Shown here: piece after piece, positions 59,850 to 64,000 of the stretch
Layout of the letters: every line of letters begins with the position of its first letter
Position numbering within the stretch: the stretch's first letter is position 1
NCBI GenBank assembly: GCA_023205875.1
Contig: CP060770.1
Location: 1 to 64,000, forward strand
Direction: 5' to 3'
From: Chloropicon primus
Taxonomy: Eukaryota
DNA length: 64,000 nucleotides
The notes under the pieces: generated by a model
The model's input: the letters and a program-made list of their open reading frames with translations, nothing else
What the model was told of the DNA's origin: nothing
Database searches by the model: none
Translations under genes and position numbers: made by a program

Positions 59850-62800
59850 CTACTTGCTGTTCAGGTAGTACACCCAAGTGGATGGCGTCTCCGCGCAGCT
59901 CACGATGAGTTTTCCTGTGCTTGGATGGCCCTCGCTCTTCTTGTAGGAGATCTTGACCGTGATCGTCTTCTTCGCAGCAATGGTCTCCTCCTGCTTCACG
60001 GTGAAGCAAGGGTTGTCCACCGAGAAGGAGAACTTGGCCTCCTGGGTCATGACGTTCTTGAACGAAAGGGTGCCAGAGTCCCCAGAAAGCAGGATGGGGC
60101 CTTGAGGCTTGGGTGGGACGCACCTGCCGATGACAGGGCAGATGTACTCCCCACCAACCGGGGAGGTGACCACCAAAGTGTCCCTGAAGGTCTCCCCGAT
60201 TTGCGTGGGCTCAAAGGTGACGTTGACCTCGACCTGGTTGCCCTCCTGGCCCGCGGGGTGAGCGGTCACGGAAGCGTCGCACAAGAAGCCGTTGTTGCCC
60301 TTGCTGCTGAAGGAGCAAGCGTAATCAGTCTTCGCGTTCGCGTAATGCTGGAACCTGAAGGCCTGGGTCTCGCTGCCACCAAGGGGGACGACGAAGGACA
60401 TCCTTCCCTCGGCGCCCGCGGGGATGCCCTTCAGCTTCAGCAAGTAAGGGAAGGAGCCGAGTTGAGTGGACCCGATGCTCAGCTTGGTCTCGGACTCCAC
60501 CGGCAGGATGGGCCTGAAGGTGACCTCGACGTGAGCCATGGACTTGGCCTTCGCCACCACTTCAGCAGGGAAGAAGACGTGCTTGTCCTCCGAAGAGACG
60601 GCGAAGGTGACGTCCTCGTCCAGCGGGTTGCTGATGATGATCCTGTCCGTGGCCTTCTGCCTCACGGGGCACTCCAAAACCAGAGTGCCCTGATCCTCAG
60701 GTGGTCCCGTGGTCACCTCAACATCGTAGAACAAGAACTCCTTCGTCTCCGGGTTGGTGAAGGTCACCTTGGCCTTGGTCCCGCCCTCCTTGTAGCAATA
60801 GAACGTGAGCTTGTAGTCCCTTGTTGCCATGCCCGCAACGTCTATGAACTCGGCCCCGCTCATCTTGGACTCCGAATCGTCGCTCTCGGCGACCTCCACG
60901 GCGCAGTGGAACCTCTGGGGCCTATTGAGCCAGTTAGAGACGTCAAGGAGCTCGACGTGCCTCTTCTTCGCGACGGCGTTGATCTTCACCGTGCCAGCGG
61001 AGACGGGAGGCAGCGCCTCCCCTCTCACCTGGTACAGGAGTCCAGACCCGTTCGGCAGCGGGAAGAAGATGGTGCTGTCGTGCTTGCTCCCCTCGGTGGT
61101 CATCAGCAGCGGCTTATAGGTGATGGGGTAATCCGCTGTCGAGTTGGCCTCAACCACGAAGTTCTCTGGCCCGGTCCACATGTCGTTGTGAACCACGGGC
61201 TTGATGTGCCAAGCGTCCGAGGTGGAGTTCTTGATGCTGATGTTCTTGGTCTCCTCCTCCCTGACCCTCGAGCTGAACTCCAGGACCTCGCCCTCAGGCT
61301 TCTGGGCGATGCACATTCCGGACAAGCTCAAGGCCAGGGTCGGGCCGTCGTTGACCCTGCAAGAGATCTGCTCGATGTAAGGCTCCGGATCCTGCTGCGT
61401 GGGGTGGAAGGTCACGTCCAACTTGGCGTCCTGCTGGGACGAGATGTACGACTTCGGTGGGTAGATGGAGAAGTTCTGCGAGAGGGACGACACGTCCCAC
61501 TCGAAGTTTGTTCCAACGTCCCCGATGTTCTCCAAGAACACCGTCTTGGTCACGCGGCTTCCCGAGACGACCCCGCCGAACTGTAGAGCATCGTTCGAGA
61601 GCCTCATCTCGACGCCAAGGCAGCCTCCGGAGACCGAGAACAGAGTCTTCTGAAGGCCGTTGCAATCAAAGGCAACGTCTTGGGAGAAGGGCCTCATCCT
61701 CTTCACCGGGTTGAAGGTGAGATTCACGATCGTGGACTCCTTGCCCCTGAGGTAGATGTCGTGGGCAGGGAAGACGCTCACGTTCTTGTTCAACAAGTAC
61801 GGAATCGAGGACTTTGGCGAAATGCTGATCGGAAGCTTGCTGCGGTTGGTAATCCTCACTGCCTTCATCACGGACTGCATCGCGCGGATGCTGCCGAAGG
61901 CGATTTGCTTGCCTGGGTTGCCGATGTCCAACTTCATCTCCACGCCCTCGCCAGTGATAAGGACCGGGATCGTGAAGAGGCCGTTGATCTCAAAGTGCAG
62001 AGTCTCCTTGTAGTAAGTCGGGCTCTGTGGCCTGAAAGTTATGGCGACCTCCTGCCTCTCCCCCGGAGAGAGGCACAAGGTGGAGATGTTCACGTCCAGG
62101 TATTCCAAGCCCTCAAAGTCAAGATCGATGGACACGTCCCTCTCGTCCTGGTTCACGATCACAAGATTGGCCTGCTCGAGCTTCATTCCATCCTGATAGA
62201 TGAAGCACGGACCAAAGTCGTGACTGGTGAAGCTGAAGTCCAACCTCGGCTTGTAACCCACACCAGAAAGCCTCATCTCGTACGAGTCCCCATTCACGAT
62301 ACTGCACACAACCGGAAGGCTGTCCAAGAACAAGGGCTTGTGGGGATTGAAGGCGACCTCGAGGTTGACCTTCTCCCCCTTGGCAACGGTGCCCGAATCG
62401 GGGTGGACTGAGACGTACTGCATTCCTCTGCCCATGTACGAGTTCTGGGGACCATCCCCAACGTTGAACATGTAGGTGAAGTTGACGTCGCCCGTGTTCA
62501 CGAGCGTCAGGGTCTTGAAGGCCTTCTCATTAATGAGAACCTGGCCAAAGTCGACGTAGTTGACGGTGTTGCTCGCCAGCTCAATCTGCGCGTGCATGTC
62601 CCCAGACTGCTCCAACAGGAGTGAGCTATGGACGCTGTACCCCTCGCCCTTCAAGTTCAGGTTGAGCTTCGTAGGCTTCTTGCGAACCGTGCACGTTACG
62701 TTGTAGTTGCTCAGCTTCTCCTTCTTCGGAATGTAAATAATCTTCACAGGAAGGGAGGAGTTCGGCTGGACGCTTCCGCTAGAAGGCTCGAACTGAAGAA

Positions 62801-64000
62801 TTGCTTCCTCGGCCGAGTCCTTGTAGCTCGAGGCGTCCAGGTTGAAAGCAAACGGAATGTGCTCGCTGTTGACGAGGTTGACCACCTCGTTCACCCTCGT
62901 GCCCGTGAGCACCTTTCCAAAATGAATGTTCTGCCTGTCGAACATCACCCTTGGCTCACTCACAACGCCGAACAGCAGGAACTGCTCGGAGATGTCGTGC
63001 CTGGGGATGGAGAACGTCCACCAAGACTCGGAGGCCTTTATCGCATCTGGGATGAACTCAAAGACCATCTCGAATTTCTTTCCTGGCTGGATCTCTCCCT
63101 TTCGGGTCAAGCACCTGAAGGAGCTCGACCTATCCTTGGCGTTCTGGGAGGGGTCCTGGTCCCACCTGAACTCGTAGGAAACGTTCGTCGGGTTGTAGAC
63201 GTTAAAGCGCCTGGTGTTCTTGACCTTGATGCCCAAGCTCTCGAACTCTATGACCCTGACCGAGTCGTTCAAATTCGCCAAATCCTCTCTCTTGTGCTGC
63301 AAGGACTGGATGTCGACCTCAGGAAGGTTGAAGTGGCACCACGGCCTCGTGGCTTTGCCGGTCAGCTTCCTCTGAATGGGTTCAAAGCCTTCCTCCAGGT
63401 TCGGAATGGCGCAGACCAGCATCCTGGCATAATCTGATTCATCGATCTCCTTGGGCGAGAACCTGACAGAGATGGTATGCTCCTGGCCCTCCTCGATCGT
63501 GCCGCTGGTCGGCGTCACCGTGTAAGGGTTCTCGTCCTCGCTGCCAGGAGAGCCGCCCGTAACTTCCCAGCTGTACGGCATCGCAGCAGTCGAAGTGTTC
63601 TTCAGAGAGAACGAGTAGACTCTCGACTGGAACATCATGGTCGATTTGAAGTTGATCGGTCCCGCGTCACACTCTGGCTTGGCGTTGTCAGCGACGGCGA
63701 AGATCTTGAGCGCGATGGCCCCTTCGCTCTGAGAGATCGTCTCAAAGGCGGGCTCCTCCTTCTCTTCGACGGTGATGGAGTTGTCCCAGCTTCCCGCCTC
63801 CGTGCTGGAATTGGAGTCCAAGTACTTGATCTCGGAGACGGACAAGGCGATCTCGTGAGCGTCGAGCTTCATGGCCGCCTTGGGAGTCAGCGACAGAACG
63901 ATGTCCTTCCGCTCTCCAGGCTCCAGGTGGCCCATCGACGGACTGAACGTGATGCCATGGTTCTCCCTCTCGTCAGCTTCTCCTTCAGCGAGGCAACGGT
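59850..64000 (-). CDS. HYDIN: HYDIN, axonemal central-pair protein; 5'-truncated by the window edge
   Basis: The frame is open to the window end. It has tandem ASH/Ig-like domains, GKATRPWCHF, VIEFESLGIKVKNTRRFNVYNPT, VSNWLNRPQRF, PPKPQGP and the terminal WVYYL. Confidence 0.93.
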   Translation of the reverse strand, partial: RCLAEGEADERENHGITFSPSMGHLEPGERKDIVLSLTPKAAMKLDAHEIALSVSEIKYLDSNSSTEAGSWDNSITVEEKEEPAFETISQSEGAIALKIFAVADNAKPECDAGPINFKSTMMFQSRVYSFSLKNTSTAAMPYSWEVTGGSPGSEDENPYTVTPTSGTIEEGQEHTISVRFSPKEIDESDYARMLVCAIPNLEEGFEPIQRKLTGKATRPWCHFNLPEVDIQSLQHKREDLANLNDSVRVIEFESLGIKVKNTRRFNVYNPTNVSYEFRWDQDPSQNAKDRSSSFRCLTRKGEIQPGKKFEMVFEFIPDAIKASESWWTFSIPRHDISEQFLLFGVVSEPRVMFDRQNIHFGKVLTGTRVNEVVNLVNSEHIPFAFNLDASSYKDSAEEAILQFEPSSGSVQPNSSLPVKIIYIPKKEKLSNYNVTCTVRKKPTKLNLNLKGEGYSVHSSLLLEQSGDMHAQIELASNTVNYVDFGQVLINEKAFKTLTLVNTGDVNFTYMFNVGDGPQNSYMGRGMQYVSVHPDSGTVAKGEKVNLEVAFNPHKPLFLDSLPVVCSIVNGDSYEMRLSGVGYKPRLDFSFTSHDFGPCFIYQDGMKLEQANLVIVNQDERDVSIDLDFEGLEYLDVNISTLCLSPGERQEVAITFRPQSPTYYKETLHFEINGLFTIPVLITGEGVEMKLDIGNPGKQIAFGSIRAMQSVMKAVRITNRSKLPISISPKSSIPYLLNKNVSVFPAHDIYLRGKESTIVNLTFNPVKRMRPFSQDVAFDCNGLQKTLFSVSGGCLGVEMRLSNDALQFGGVVSGSRVTKTVFLENIGDVGTNFEWDVSSLSQNFSIYPPKSYISSQQDAKLDVTFHPTQQDPEPYIEQISCRVNDGPTLALSLSGMCIAQKPEGEVLEFSSRVREEETKNISIKNSTSDAWHIKPVVHNDMWTGPENFVVEANSTADYPITYKPLLMTTEGSKHDSTIFFPLPNGSGLLYQVRGEALPPVSAGTVKINAVAKKRHVELLDVSNWLNRPQRFHCAVEVAESDDSESKMSGAEFIDVAGMATRDYKLTFYCYKEGGTKAKVTFTNPETKEFLFYDVEVTTGPPEDQGTLVLECPVRQKATDRIIISNPLDEDVTFAVSSEDKHVFFPAEVVAKAKSMAHVEVTFRPILPVESETKLSIGSTQLGSFPYLLKLKGIPAGAEGRMSFVVPLGGSETQAFRFQHYANAKTDYACSFSSKGNNGFLCDASVTAHPAGQEGNQVEVNVTFEPTQIGETFRDTLVVTSPVGGEYICPVIGRCVPPKPQGPILLSGDSGTLSFKNVMTQEAKFSFSVDNPCFTVKQEETIAAKKTITVKISYKKSEGHPSTGKLIVSCAETPSTWVYYLNSK

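Noticed and set aside
3521..63437. Many long antisense or alternate-frame ORFs (e.g. 7156-9051, 9769-11508, 32341-34374, 52342-54207, 55800-57551, 59796-61586)
   Set aside because: These are shadow ORFs expected opposite GC3-rich genes. They have no recognisable motifs, and each overlaps a well-supported CDS.
1..64000. tRNA, rRNA, intact transposon or prokaryotic defence system
   Set aside because: No cloverleaf/T-loop, rRNA, reverse transcriptase, integrase or operon-like signatures were found by eye. A tRNAscan/Infernal run would be needed to exclude small RNAs.

Overview
This is the left end of a eukaryotic chromosome, not a prokaryotic region. It opens with about 490 bp of (CCTAAAA)n telomere (TTTTAGG on the G-strand), a zone of variant repeats and a short subtelomere, followed by about 27 densely packed, GC-rich, intron-poor genes. 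The genes have short GT-AG introns, some plastid/mitochondrial transit-peptide-like N-termini, and TGTAA downstream of many stop codons. Together these point to a compact-genome green alga; Chloropicon-like is my inference, not a database result. Recognisable genes, in order: membrin/GOSR2, a GT31 Fringe-like glycosyltransferase, a GT29 sialyltransferase-like protein, an ankyrin-MAP3K, an ABC1 kinase, a membrane guanylyl cyclase, BCCIP, a glutathionyl-hydroquinone reductase, SPINDLY, TMEM86/YhhN, GatB, BORCS6-like, Ecdysoneless, RPL41 (missed by the ORF track), NDUFS1, a divergent DDB1-like protein, SPT16, RAD54, a CEP164-WW/DM10-like protein, ABCG, an Sfi1-repeat protein, VAC14 and the 3' part of HYDIN. 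I found no clear-cut new multi-gene system. The best leads are an N-terminally extended eL41, a palindromic bidirectional poly(A) signal, three ciliary/centriolar genes within 16 kb, recurrent intergenic duplications of roughly nucleosome length, an interstitial telomere tract, a subtelomeric MULE-like remnant, a tandem SH3b-like protein and a frameshifted SHOCT-like ORF. All protein identities come from motif recognition by eye.
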